Shown here: piece after piece, positions 25,179 through 35,840 of the stretch
Numbering within the stretch: position 1 is the stretch's first letter
How the letters are laid out: each line of letters starts with the position of its first letter
Source: Escherichia coli
GTDB lineage: Bacteria; Pseudomonadota; Gammaproteobacteria; Enterobacterales; Enterobacteriaceae
NCBI RefSeq assembly: GCF_024223415.1
Contig: NZ_CP100500.1
Direction: 5' to 3' (one strand)
Length of the DNA stretch: 64,000 nucleotides
Notes under the pieces: model-generated
Databases searched by the model: none
The model's input: the letters and a program-made list of their open reading frames with translations, nothing else
Told to the model about the DNA's origin: nothing
Translations under genes and position numbers: made by a program

Positions 25179-25550
25179 GCAAGCACCTTAAAATCACCAT
25201 CATACACTAAATCAGTAAGTTGGCAGCATTACCGACCAATTAATATTTTTATCATGAATGTTTTTTGCCCGTATTGTTCGGGTTAATTAATGTTACATAT
25301 TCAGCGGGCTGATTTTCATTTTTGCTGAATAAAGTCAATTTTTGTCACATTTCATCGTAGGGCTTACTGTGAAACGATCCGGTAAGCCGTTGGTGACGGG
25401 CGTGACCATAACTGTGGACAATCGAATTGACAAAAACGAGAGAAAAATCGAATACCCACCATTTTTAACGTTTCAAAGTTGCAATAAAAACCGCTAATAT
25501 ACGAATGACTAACTATCAGTAGCGTTATCCCTATTTCTGGAGATATTCCT

Positions 25551-26207
25551 TTGATCAACGTTCTACTTGTTGATGACCACGAACTGGTGCGCGCAGGGAT
25601 ACGACGCATTCTGGAAGATATAAAGGGTATAAAAGTCGTCGGTGAGGCATCGTGCGGTGAAGACGCCGTTAAGTGGTGCCGGACAAATGCCGTTGACGTG
25701 GTGCTAATGGACATGAGTATGCCGGGCATTGGCGGTCTTGAGGCGACGCGTAAAATCGCGCGTTCCACAGCTGATGTCAAAATCATCATGCTTACCGTCC
25801 ATACAGAAAACCCTTTACCAGCGAAAGTCATGCAGGCCGGTGCTGCGGGCTACCTCAGCAAAGGCGCGGCTCCGCAGGAAGTCGTGAGTGCGATTCGTTC
25901 TGTCTATTCAGGGCAGCGTTACATTGCTTCTGACATCGCTCAACAAATGGCGTTAAGCCAGATCGAACCAGAAAAAACAGAAAGCCCATTTGCCAGTTTG
26001 TCTGAACGTGAATTGCAGATTATGCTGATGATCACCAAGGGCCAGAAGGTCAATGAGATCTCAGAACAGCTCAATCTCAGTCCGAAAACGGTGAACAGCT
26101 ACCGCTATCGTATGTTCAGTAAACTAAACATTCATGGCGATGTTGAGCTGACTCACCTGGCAATTCGCCATGGTCTGTGTAATGCGGAGACATTATCAAG
26201 TCAGTGA
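25551..26207 (+). CDS. uvrY: Response regulator UvrY (BarA/UvrY two-component system)
   Basis: ORF track; receiver domain plus LuxR-type HTH. Confidence 0.95.
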
Positions 26208-28036
26208 GTGATCAGTTTGACGCAAAAGCGTTTTTAAAAACCGTAACCAGCCAGCCAGGCGTTTATCGCATGTACGATGCTGGTGGTACGGTTATCTATG
26301 TCGGCAAAGCGAAAGACCTGAAAAAACGGCTTTCCAGCTATTTCCGTAGCAACCTCGCTTCGCGCAAAACCGAAGCGCTGGTCGCCCAGATCCAGCAAAT
26401 TGATGTAACGGTTACTCATACAGAAACCGAAGCGCTGTTGCTGGAACACAACTACATCAAACTCTATCAGCCGCGTTACAACGTTTTGCTACGCGATGAT
26501 AAATCTTATCCTTTTATCTTCCTGAGTGGCGATACCCACCCGCGTCTGGCGATGCATCGTGGTGCGAAGCATGCCAAAGGTGAATATTTCGGCCCGTTCC
26601 CGAATGGCTATGCCGTACGTGAAACACTGGCGCTACTGCAAAAGATTTTCCCCATTCGCCAGTGCGAAAATAGTGTTTATCGCAATCGCTCGCGTCCGTG
26701 TCTGCAATATCAGATAGGGCGCTGTCTGGGACCGTGCGTTGAAGGACTGGTGAGTGAAGAAGAATACGCTCAGCAGGTCGAGTATGTGCGCCTGTTTTTG
26801 TCTGGCAAAGATGATCAGGTGCTTACGCAACTCATTAGTCGTATGGAAACTGCCAGCCAGAATCTGGAGTTTGAAGAAGCGGCACGTATTCGCGACCAAA
26901 TTCAGGCGGTGCGACGCGTCACCGAAAAACAGTTTGTTTCCAATACCGGCGACGACCTTGACGTTATTGGTGTGGCGTTCGATGCGGGCATGGCTTGTGT
27001 CCACGTATTGTTCATTCGTCAGGGCAAAGTGCTCGGCAGCCGCAGCTATTTCCCGAAAGTGCCTGGCGGTACGGAACTGAGCGAGGTGGTAGAAACCTTC
27101 GTAGGTCAGTTCTATTTACAAGGCAGCCAGATGCGCACCTTACCGGGTGAGATCCTGCTCGATTTTAATCTTAGCGATAAAACGCTGCTCGCCGATTCCC
27201 TTTCAGAACTGGCGGGACGCAAGATTAATGTTCAAACCAAACCTCGCGGCGATAGGGCGCGTTATCTGAAACTCGCGCGCACCAATGCGGCGACGGCCTT
27301 AACCAGCAAACTTTCGCAGCAATCTACCGTTCACCAGCGACTGACCGCGCTTGCCAGCGTGTTGAAATTGCCGGAAGTGAAGCGGATGGAGTGCTTTGAC
27401 ATCAGCCATACCATGGGCGAACAAACCGTCGCTTCCTGTGTGGTGTTTGATGCTAACGGCCCGCTGCGTGCGGAGTATCGGCGCTATAACATTACAGGCA
27501 TCACGCCGGGCGATGATTATGCGGCGATGAATCAGGTGCTGCGTCGGCGTTATGGTAAAGCCATTGACGACAGTAAGATCCCGGATGTGATCCTTATCGA
27601 CGGCGGCAAAGGCCAGCTTGCGCAGGCGAAAAATGTCTTCGCCGAACTGGATGTCTCATGGGATAAAAATCATCCGCTGCTACTTGGCGTTGCCAAAGGA
27701 GCAGATCGTAAGGCTGGACTGGAAACGCTGTTCTTTGAGCCGGAAGGTGAGGGATTTAGTTTGCCGCCAGATTCACCCGCGCTGCATGTTATCCAGCATA
27801 TTCGCGATGAATCACATGATCACGCGATTGGCGGGCACCGTAAAAAACGGGCGAAGGTCAAAAATACCAGTTCCCTGGAAACCATTGAAGGCGTCGGGCC
27901 AAAACGTCGGCAAATGTTGTTGAAATATATGGGCGGTTTGCAAGGTTTACGTAACGCCAGCGTCGAGGAAATTGCAAAAGTGCCGGGTATTTCGCAAGGT
28001 CTGGCAGAAAAGATCTTCTGGTCGTTGAAACATTGA
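26204..28036 (+). CDS. uvrC: Excinuclease ABC subunit C (610 aa)
   Basis: ORF track; GIY-YIG N-terminus ([23 protein letters not shown]); overlaps uvrY stop. Confidence 0.95.
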
Positions 28037-28092
28037 TGTCTCTGTAGCAACATAGGGGTAATCTTACTGACAACAGATAGTTACCCGTCATT

Positions 28093-28641
28093 ATGCAATT
28101 TAATATCCCTACGTTGCTTACACTGTTCCGTGTCATCCTTATCCCATTCTTTGTATTGGTCTTTTATCTGCCTGTCACCTGGTCGCCGTTTGCCGCCGCG
28201 CTCATTTTCTGCGTCGCGGCGGTGACTGACTGGTTCGATGGTTTTCTGGCACGCCGCTGGAACCAGAGTACCCGGTTTGGTGCTTTCCTTGACCCTGTAG
28301 CAGATAAAGTTCTCGTGGCTATCGCCATGGTGCTGGTAACCGAGCATTATCACAGCTGGTGGGTGACCCTACCGGCGGCAACGATGATCGCCCGTGAAAT
28401 TATTATTTCTGCGCTACGCGAATGGATGGCGGAGTTGGGTAAACGCAGTAGCGTGGCTGTCTCCTGGATTGGGAAAGTGAAAACCACTGCCCAGATGGTG
28501 GCGTTGGCCTGGCTGCTGTGGCGTCCGAACATTTGGGTTGAGTACGCCGGTATTGCACTTTTCTTTGTGGCTGCGGTACTGACTCTGTGGTCAATGTTGC
28601 AATATTTGAGCGCTGCGCGTGCAGATTTGCTTGATCAGTGA
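28093..28641 (+). CDS. pgsA: CDP-diacylglycerol--glycerol-3-phosphate 3-phosphatidyltransferase
   Basis: ORF track; CDP-alcohol phosphotransferase motif. Confidence 0.95.
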
Positions 28642-28691
28642 TCGTTTCGGCGTAATTTTCAGCAAACGATCAAAAGTGGTGAAAAATATCG

Positions 28692-28719
28692 TTGACTCAT
28701 CGCGCCAGGTAAGTAGAAT
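28692..28719 (+). promoter_or_regulatory. sigma70 promoter for the tRNA operon (TTGACT-16bp-TAGAAT)
   Basis: -35/-10 hexamers read from sequence about 75 bp upstream of tRNA-Gly. Confidence 0.7.
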
Positions 28720-28792
28720 GCAACGCATCGAACGGCGGCACTGATTGCCAGACGATAATAAAATCAAGTGATTAACTGATTGCTTGATGAAT

Positions 28793-28868
<76 letters not shown>

Positions 28869-28922
28869 GTTTAAAAGACATCGGCCTCAAGCGGATGTCT
28901 GGCTGAAAGGCCTGAAGAATTT

Positions 28923-28996
28923 GGCGCGTTAACAAAGCGGTTATGTAGCGGATTGCAAATCCGTCTAGTCCGGTTCGACTCCGGAACGCGCCTCCA
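28923..28996 (+). tRNA. cysT: tRNA-Cys (anticodon GCA)
   Basis: ggcgcgttaacaaagcggt...gattgcaaatcc...ggttcgactccggaacgcgcctcca. Confidence 0.95.
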
Positions 28997-29008
28997 CTTT
29001 CTTCCCGA

Positions 29009-29095
29009 GCCCGGATGGTGGAATCGGTAGACACAAGGGATTTAAAATCCCTCGGCGTTCGCGCTGTGCGGGTTCAAGTCCCGCTCCGGGTACCA
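29009..29095 (+). tRNA. leuZ: tRNA-Leu (anticodon UAA), long variable arm
   Basis: gcccggatggtggaatcggtaga...gggatttaaaatccc...gttcaagtcccgctccgggtacca. Confidence 0.95.
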
Positions 29096-29137
29096 TGGGA
29101 AAGATAAGAATAAAATCAAAGCAATAAGCAGTGTCGT

Positions 29138-29166
29138 GAAACCACCTTCGGGTGGTTTTTTTGTGC
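29138..29166 (+). terminator. Rho-independent terminator of the tRNA operon
   Basis: gaaaccacc-ttcg-ggtggttttttt. Confidence 0.8.
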
Positions 29167-29290
29167 CTGCAACTTGTCGTTACACCCTCCTTAATTTTTA
29201 ATCACCAGCAAAGCCACTCAAAAAGTATCTCTGATACGGACCGGCATGTAAGATAGGTGCTGGCGAGTTGAGATCCACAAGGAAAATCGT

Positions 29291-29956
29291 ATGAAAACGG
29301 GACCGTTAAACGAAAGTGAGTTGGAATGGCTGGACGATATTCTGACCAAATACAACACTGACCACGCCATCCTTGATGTGGCGGAGCTGGACGGTTTATT
29401 GACGGCGGTGTTGAGTTCTCCGCAAGAGATTGAACCGGAACAGTGGCTGGTTGCCGTGTGGGGTGGGGCTGACTATGTGCCGCGCTGGGCGTCAGAGAAA
29501 GAGATGACGCGCTTTATGAATCTGGCTTTTCAACATATGGCCGATACCGCAGAGCGTCTGAACGAATTCCCGGAGCAGTTTGAGCCGTTATTCGGCTTGC
29601 GAGAAGTTGATGGCAGCGAGCTGACGATTGTTGAGGAGTGGTGCTTTGGCTATATGCGGGGCGTGGCACTTTCTGACTGGTCAACGTTGCCCGATTCGTT
29701 AAAACCAGCGCTGGAGGCGATTGCGCTGCACGGTACTGAGGAAAACTTCGAGCGGGTAGAGAAAATGTCGCCAGAAGCGTTTGAAGAGAGCGTAGATGCC
29801 ATTCGACTGGCGGCGCTTGATCTACATGCGTACTGGATGGCGCATCCGCAGGAAAAAGCTGTTCAGCAACCGATCAAAGCAGAAGAGAAACCGGGGCGTA
29901 ACGATCCTTGCCCGTGCGGTAGTGGTAAGAAATTTAAGCAGTGCTGCCTGCATTAA
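29291..29956 (+). CDS. yecA: UPF0149 family protein YecA with C-terminal SEC-C metal-binding motif
   Basis: ORF track; C-terminal [13 protein letters not shown]. Confidence 0.9.
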   Translation: MKTGPLNESELEWLDDILTKYNTDHAILDVAELDGLLTAVLSSPQEIEPEQWLVAVWGGADYVPRWASEKEMTRFMNLAFQHMADTAERLNEFPEQFEPLFGLREVDGSELTIVEEWCFGYMRGVALSDWSTLPDSLKPALEAIALHGTEENFERVEKMSPEAFEESVDAIRLAALDLHAYWMAHPQEKAVQQPIKAEEKPGRNDPCPCGSGKKFKQCCLH

Positions 29957-30017
29957 GAGGTCAAATTGGGTGTCAGCGTTAATTCTGGCACCCAATAAGG
30001 AATTTGAGGCTATCTGA

Positions 30018-31229
30018 TCACCCCACTTCTGGTAACAACCCTGCCGCAATCAAAAATTGCACGCCAATCACAGCAATACCACAGAGAAACACCACCACCA
30101 GCGCCGGACGACCACCTTTCACCCGGTAACCCGCCTGAGGATTGTGCTTTCTGCTTTGCCAGGTCAACAGCGAAGGGATAATCAATGCCAGTACCGCCAG
30201 CGCCACACCGGCGTAACCCAGCGCCATCACAAATCCTCGTGGATAAAACAGTGCAAACGCCAACGGCGGCAGAAAGGTAATTGCACCAGTTTGCAACCGT
30301 CCACCAACGGTATTTGAACGCTGAAATAAATCAGCCAGATAATCAAATAAGCCTAACGCAACGCCGAGAAATGACGTGGCGAGGGCTAAATCAGCAAATA
30401 AATGCACTGCCAGCTCAACATGCGGAGAGGCCACCATTTCGCGTAACGCCTGTAACAGCCCGTTTAATCCAGCATGATTAGCCAGCAATCCCATAAAGGT
30501 TGTTGAATCAATGCTGCCAAGCGTTGCCACCTGCCAGAAAATATATGCCACCAAGGGGATCGCACTACCGGTTATAAACACCCAGCGTAGCTTACGAACG
30601 TTGCCATCCATATAGCTGACAATACTCGGCACGCTACCGTGAAAACCAAATGAGGTAAAAATCACCGGGATTGCTGACAGAGCCAGCCCCTGTTGCAACG
30701 GCAGGGTTAAAAGATTCACTTTGTGAATATGCGGTAGCAGCAATACCAGCATCACCACCAGAAAAATAATTTTGGCGCTGAACAGAAAACGGTTAAATAA
30801 ATCGACCAGCGATGTTCCAACACAAACCACGCCACCGGCAACAAAAGTGAACAACAGCACGCCAGCGGTTGCCGACATTGAAATACCTGTCCAGTCGCTG
30901 ATGCTGGAGGCCAACAATTCACCGGCACCGCTGATGTATGCCGCAGTCAGAGCATACATTAAGAACATCATACTGAAGCCCGTCAGCCATTGACCGTAGC
31001 GTCCCAGATAGCGTTTTGCCAGCGTGCCCAGACCGGTATCTGCCGGAACATGCTGGTACACCTCCAGCAGTAATAGCGCCGTGTAGCACATCAACGCCCA
31101 AAGCCCAATCAACAAGATTAACGTAACGCTAAAACCAACACCGGCCGCAGCCAGCGGCATTGCCAGCATGCCTGCGCCAATTGTGGTTCCCGCCACGATA
31201 AAAACACTTCCCAGGGTTCTGTTTTTCAC
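30018..31229 (-). CDS. tyrP: Tyrosine-specific transporter TyrP (403 aa)
   Basis: ORF track; [31 protein letters not shown]. Confidence 0.95.
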   Translation of the reverse strand: MKNRTLGSVFIVAGTTIGAGMLAMPLAAAGVGFSVTLILLIGLWALMCYTALLLLEVYQHVPADTGLGTLAKRYLGRYGQWLTGFSMMFLMYALTAAYISGAGELLASSISDWTGISMSATAGVLLFTFVAGGVVCVGTSLVDLFNRFLFSAKIIFLVVMLVLLLPHIHKVNLLTLPLQQGLALSAIPVIFTSFGFHGSVPSIVSYMDGNVRKLRWVFITGSAIPLVAYIFWQVATLGSIDSTTFMGLLANHAGLNGLLQALREMVASPHVELAVHLFADLALATSFLGVALGLFDYLADLFQRSNTVGGRLQTGAITFLPPLAFALFYPRGFVMALGYAGVALAVLALIIPSLLTWQSRKHNPQAGYRVKGGRPALVVVFLCGIAVIGVQFLIAAGLLPEVG

Positions 31230-31320
31230 GCTTTCTTCTGTCCTGACGATCTTTATGAGTGATATCTGCGGCGCAGGTTAAGGCATAACGGCTGCTTCGT
31301 CAAACCGACGTTACATATGG

Positions 31321-31338
31321 TGTAAATATAAATGTACA
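31321..31338. promoter_or_regulatory. TyrR box upstream of tyrP
   Basis: TGTAAATATAAATGTACA fits TGTAAA-N6-TTTACA with one mismatch. Confidence 0.65.
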
Positions 31339-31419
31339 ATAAAAAGCATTCAGTCCTGCGCTGGCGCAAAGTCTTCATAAGCGGCAATCGCTACGCTAGG
31401 CTTTTTTTGAGGAGGGACG

Positions 31420-31659
31420 ATGGACTCTATTCACGGTCATGAAGTGTTAAATATGATGATTGAATCAGGCGAGCAATATACGCATGCCAGTCTGGAAGCT
31501 GCGATTAAAGCGCGTTTTGGTGAACAGGCACGTTTTCACACCTGCTCGGCAGAAGGGATGACAGCGGGAGAGCTGGTAGCGTTTCTGGCAGCAAAAGGCA
31601 AATTTATACCTTCGAAAGACGGTTTTTCGACCGTTCAGAGTAAGATTTGCCGTCACTGA
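31420..31659 (+). CDS. yecH: Small protein YecH (79 aa)
   Basis: ORF track; conserved position. Confidence 0.8.
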   Translation: MDSIHGHEVLNMMIESGEQYTHASLEAAIKARFGEQARFHTCSAEGMTAGELVAFLAAKGKFIPSKDGFSTVQSKICRH

Positions 31660-31666
31660 TTTGAAA

Positions 31667-31689
31667 CGGCGGCAGTAAACCTGCCGCCG
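31667..31689. terminator. Bidirectional hairpin between yecH and ftnA
   Basis: cggcggcag-taaac-ctgccgccg perfect stem. Confidence 0.6.
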
Positions 31690-31696
31690 GAGAGCA

Positions 31697-32194
31697 TTAG
31701 TTTTGTGTGTCGAGGGTAGAGAGTTCTTTGTCGATAAAATACAGACCTTCGCCGCTTTTGCCTGCCAGGCTTAATTTATCAATAATCGATTTGAACAGTT
31801 TCTCTTCTTCATGCTGCTCAGAAACATACCATTGCAGGAAATTAAATGTTGGGTAGTCCTGATTGGTCATTGCAGCATGAGCCAGTTCGTTAATTTTCTG
31901 GGTGATTAATTGTTCGTGTTTATAGGTTTCCTGGAATAATTCATCAAGTGAGGAATATTCAGCAAACGGAGATTCAACGGTATTAATACGCGGTAAATTG
32001 CCGGTATCAGTCAGGTAATCAAACAGACGCTGCATATGCGTCATCTCTTCCTGGGCGTGACGGCGCAGGAACGCGGCAGCACCTTCGAAGGTATGATAGC
32101 TGCACCAGGCGCTCATTTGCTGATAAAGCAGTGAAGAGTACAGTTCCAGGTTCATCTGCTCATTAAGTTTTTCAATCATTTCTGGTTTCAGCAT
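31697..32194 (-). CDS. ftnA: Ferritin FtnA (165 aa)
   Basis: ORF track 31697..32209; start [21 protein letters not shown]. Confidence 0.95.
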
Positions 32195-32364
32195 GATAGT
32201 GCTCCACAAAGGTTATATTTGTTGCTGTGGCGTCACTATAATTTGTTATTTTATTATTTGCAAAAGGTAAAATATAAACTTCAATTATTAAAAATACGAA
32301 TGGGAATAAAACGCATTACCGCTATTTCTTTAATCAGCGAAGATCCCCTCGCTGATTAAAATAT

Positions 32365-32688
32365 TTAGAGAAAGACAGGGAAGGCGGAATGATGGCACTG
32401 ATATGACAAAGTGAATTCCGTATTCAAACATAAGGAACCCGCAAAAAGGCTACAGTTGCCTACTGGCTGACCAAAGGGGACCGCGTGGGTATAGCCTTCC
32501 TGCTGGCATGCGCGATCGGCGATCCCGCGACTGACATAACGATCGGTATGGGCATGCTGCAAAAAAGCCTGGTCATAAACCAACCGTACAATACCTGTTG
32601 CCGCGTCAACTTCGCTCACATGGGCCTGGCGAGTAACCGTACACCCCGCCAGCGTTATTAATGAAAGAGTCAGAATCAGAAGTCTCAT
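32365..32688 (-). CDS. yecR: Lipoprotein YecR (107 aa)
   Basis: ORF track; lipobox LAGC. Confidence 0.8.
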   Translation of the reverse strand: MRLLILTLSLITLAGCTVTRQAHVSEVDAATGIVRLVYDQAFLQHAHTDRYVSRGIADRACQQEGYTHAVPFGQPVGNCSLFAGSLCLNTEFTLSYQCHHSAFPVFL

Positions 32689-32852
32689 GGTCCAGCCAGA
32701 AGAGTAAGAGAAAGCACTATTTTACGCGTTACAGCGCTGCGACAATGGCCGGAAAAGACGCCTGGCAGGCGCTATTTCTTGCCATCTGTAGGTGTCAGAA
32801 ATAGGGGGGCTGTTTTTTGATTATCATTTTTATAACATTAAAGGGGTATTTA

Positions 32853-32868
32853 TGTGATTTGCATCACA
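32853..32868. promoter_or_regulatory. CRP-like binding site upstream of azuC
   Basis: TGTGA-tttgca-TCACA palindrome read from sequence. Confidence 0.6.
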
Positions 32869-32950
32869 TAAAGATTGATTTTTGTGATGGTTGTCATATT
32901 ATAAGCGCAAAGACAATAACACCTGTATAACAAATAGTCGGAGTGCCGCG

Positions 32951-33037
32951 ATGAAACTGCGCAAAATCCTGAAAAGTATGTTCAATAACTATTGCAAGAC
33001 GTTCAAAGACGTACCGCCAGGCAATATGTTCCGATAA
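32951..33037 (+). CDS. azuC: Small protein AzuC (28 aa), encoded in the dual-function AzuCR RNA
   Basis: ATG at 32951 translates to MKLRKILKSMFNNYCKTFKDVPPGNMFR; followed by a terminator. Confidence 0.8.
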   Translation: MKLRKILKSMFNNYCKTFKDVPPGNMFR

Positions 33038-33042
33038 CAAAA

Positions 33043-33066
33043 AACCTGCTCCGGCAGGTTTTTTTG
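33043..33066 (+). terminator. Rho-independent terminator of azuC/AzuCR
   Basis: aacctgc-tccgg-caggttttttt. Confidence 0.75.
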
Positions 33067-33151
33067 TGTCCTGATGACGGTGGATGTGACTATCGCTGAA
33101 GATGTGAAGCCGCTACTATAACGGCTTTCAAAATGCTATCAGGAGTTTACG

Positions 33152-33403
33152 ATGTCCCAGCCGCTGAATGCCGATCAGGAACTGGTTTCTGATGTGGTTG
33201 CTTGCCAGTTGGTTATCAAACAAATTCTGGATGTTCTCGATGTAATCGCGCCCGTTGAAGTTCGTGAAAAAATGTCCAGTCAGCTGAAGAATATCGACTT
33301 TACTAACCATCCCGCCGCCGCAGACCCGGTCACCATGCGGGCAATCCAAAAAGCCATCGCGCTTATTGAACTCAAGTTTACCCCACAGGGTGAATCCCAT
33401 TAA
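33152..33403 (+). CDS. yecJ: YecJ, DUF2766 family (83 aa)
   Basis: ORF track. Confidence 0.8.
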
Positions 33404-33481
33404 AAAAACCGCTGCTTCAAACAGATGAGGCAGCGGTTTCTCAAAACCTTCATCGGCGCAATGCATTAGCGCCGATGATGA

Positions 33482-33985
33482 TCAATGCAGCTGGTGTGAC
33501 ACGACATTCAGAACATGTTGGTCGGTCTGCACAGGGCACATACCCGCAAGTTTCGCACTGCGCACTTCATCAAGAATGGTTTGCAGCAACAGACCATCAT
33601 GCTGCTGTTCTTTTTCCAGATCGCGCAGGAAATTGACGGTTGAATCATCATTCAGTTCTTTCGCTTCATCGGCTAACTGTGCCAACGTACTAGAACGTTG
33701 CTCGTATTCTTCCATCGTTTTTTGGAACAGTTCTTCCAGAGAGTTCAGTTTTTCACCGGGAACATCAATGGCTTTAACGATGGGGGTAGCGCCGACACTC
33801 TTCATAAAGTTAAACATGCGCATCATTTGGGTCACATTACTCTGTGCCTGGGCGCGAAGGAAAGTGGCGGTGCCGTTCAGACTCTGTTCAGAACACCAGT
33901 TACTCAGGTGAAGGTAGAGATTGGATGCGTAAAACTCGCGGTTCATTTGAGAGTTGAGTTTGAGAAGCATTCCAGCGGTTGCCAT
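33482..33985 (-). CDS. ftnB: Ferritin-like protein FtnB (167 aa)
   Basis: ORF track; ferritin fold residues. Confidence 0.9.
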   Translation of the reverse strand: MATAGMLLKLNSQMNREFYASNLYLHLSNWCSEQSLNGTATFLRAQAQSNVTQMMRMFNFMKSVGATPIVKAIDVPGEKLNSLEELFQKTMEEYEQRSSTLAQLADEAKELNDDSTVNFLRDLEKEQQHDGLLLQTILDEVRSAKLAGMCPVQTDQHVLNVVSHQLH

Positions 33986-34781
33986 ACCTAATATCCTTAT
34001 ATCCAGAAGTGGAGAGGTGCAAGATAAATCAAAACACCATAATTACTGTTTGCAGAATAATTCCTTTCTGCCGGTCCGAAATGTGATCGTGGAGTCAATT
34101 CTGACGATGATCTGAAATAAGAATAACGTCTGAACGGGTATAAGAAAATGCTTAAATCATCAAGTTTATATATTTTTACATTTCATTGATGAAATCAATG
34201 TAACTGCAATGAATTTTAATGATAGTGCTTTTTGTATCTTGTTGATATTAATCAATGAATTTGAATTCATGATGAAGTGATGATTTTATAAAGCGTTTTT
34301 TCATTTTTGCGAGATGGCTCTCATTATACGTGTTCTGTTAATTAATGAGCACAGTGATAATTAATGACGAAATGAATGACGTGCATTTTCCACATCTTTG
34401 AGTTGCGGTTATTACACCATTTCAAAAACTCAACGCCAGGTAATGCGGCCTATTGACTGGTTAAAAAGAAGACATCCCGCATGGGTACCAAAGACAACAA
34501 GGATTTCCAGGCTAATCTTATGGATTAATCTGCTGTGCATTCGACAATTTGTCTGACAAATTGGCTTTCCCTTATGTCTTTTCCCGCTAAATTTATGCAC
34601 GTTCTCACTGTAATTCTGCGATGTGATATTGCTCTCCTATGGAGAATTAATTTCTCGCTAAAACTATGTCAACACAGTCACTTATCTTTTAGTTAAAAGG
34701 TAATGCTTTGTTTTCCGATTAATTTAACGAATGTCATTCGTTTTTGCCCTACACAAAACGACACTAAAGCTGGAGAGAACC

Positions 34782-35771
34782 ATGCACAAATTTACTAAAG
34801 CCCTGGCAGCCATTGGTCTGGCAGCCGTTATGTCACAATCCGCTATGGCGGAGAACCTGAAGCTCGGTTTTCTGGTGAAGCAACCGGAAGAGCCGTGGTT
34901 CCAGACCGAATGGAAGTTTGCCGATAAAGCCGGGAAGGATTTAGGGTTTGAGGTTATTAAGATTGCCGTGCCGGATGGCGAAAAAACATTGAACGCGATC
35001 GACAGCCTGGCTGCCAGTGGCGCAAAAGGTTTCGTTATTTGTACTCCGGACCCCAAACTCGGCTCTGCCATCGTCGCGAAAGCGCGTGGCTACGATATGA
35101 AAGTCATTGCCGTGGATGACCAGTTTGTTAACGCCAAAGGTAAGCCAATGGATACCGTTCCGCTGGTGATGATGGCGGCGACTAAAATTGGCGAACGTCA
35201 GGGTCAGGAACTGTATAAAGAGATGCAGAAACGTGGCTGGGATGTCAAAGAAAGCGCGGTGATGGCGATTACCGCCAACGAACTGGATACGGCACGTCGC
35301 CGTACAACGGGTTCTATGGATGCGCTGAAAGCGGCCGGATTCCCGGAAAAACAAATTTATCAGGTACCTACCAAATCTAACGACATCCCGGGGGCATTTG
35401 ACGCTGCCAACTCAATGCTGGTTCAACATCCGGAAGTTAAACATTGGCTGATCGTCGGTATGAACGACAGCACCGTGCTGGGCGGCGTACGCGCGACGGA
35501 AGGTCAGGGCTTTAAAGCTGCCGATATCATCGGCATTGGCATTAACGGTGTGGATGCGGTGAGCGAACTGTCTAAAGCACAGGCAACCGGCTTCTACGGT
35601 TCCCTGCTGCCAAGCCCGGACGTACATGGCTATAAATCCAGCGAAATGCTTTACAACTGGGTAGCAAAAGACGTTGAACCGCCAAAATTTACCGAAGTTA
35701 CCGACGTGGTGCTGATCACGCGTGACAACTTTAAAGAAGAACTGGAGAAAAAAGGTTTAGGCGGTAAGTAA
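34782..35771 (+). CDS. araF: L-arabinose ABC transporter periplasmic binding protein AraF (329 aa)
   Basis: ORF track 34731..35771; start MHKFTKALAAIGLAAVMSQSAMA. Confidence 0.95.
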   Translation: MHKFTKALAAIGLAAVMSQSAMAENLKLGFLVKQPEEPWFQTEWKFADKAGKDLGFEVIKIAVPDGEKTLNAIDSLAASGAKGFVICTPDPKLGSAIVAKARGYDMKVIAVDDQFVNAKGKPMDTVPLVMMAATKIGERQGQELYKEMQKRGWDVKESAVMAITANELDTARRRTTGSMDALKAAGFPEKQIYQVPTKSNDIPGAFDAANSMLVQHPEVKHWLIVGMNDSTVLGGVRATEGQGFKAADIIGIGINGVDAVSELSKAQATGFYGSLLPSPDVHGYKSSEMLYNWVAKDVEPPKFTEVTDVVLITRDNFKEELEKKGLGGK

Positions 35772-35840
35772 TTTGCCGGAAAAATTCCCCTCTGCATGAT
35801 GCAGAGGGGGGGTGAACGACCAGTGATTCACGGAGACGTT

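Larger units (their letters stand above)
24466..25233 (-). mobile_element. IS1 insertion sequence (768 bp) flanked by 9-bp target-site duplication GACCAATTA
   Basis: Terminal inverted repeats ggtaatgactccaactta... and ...taagttggcagcattacc; insA/insB ORFs; identical 9-mers at 24457-24465 and 25234-25242. Confidence 0.9.
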
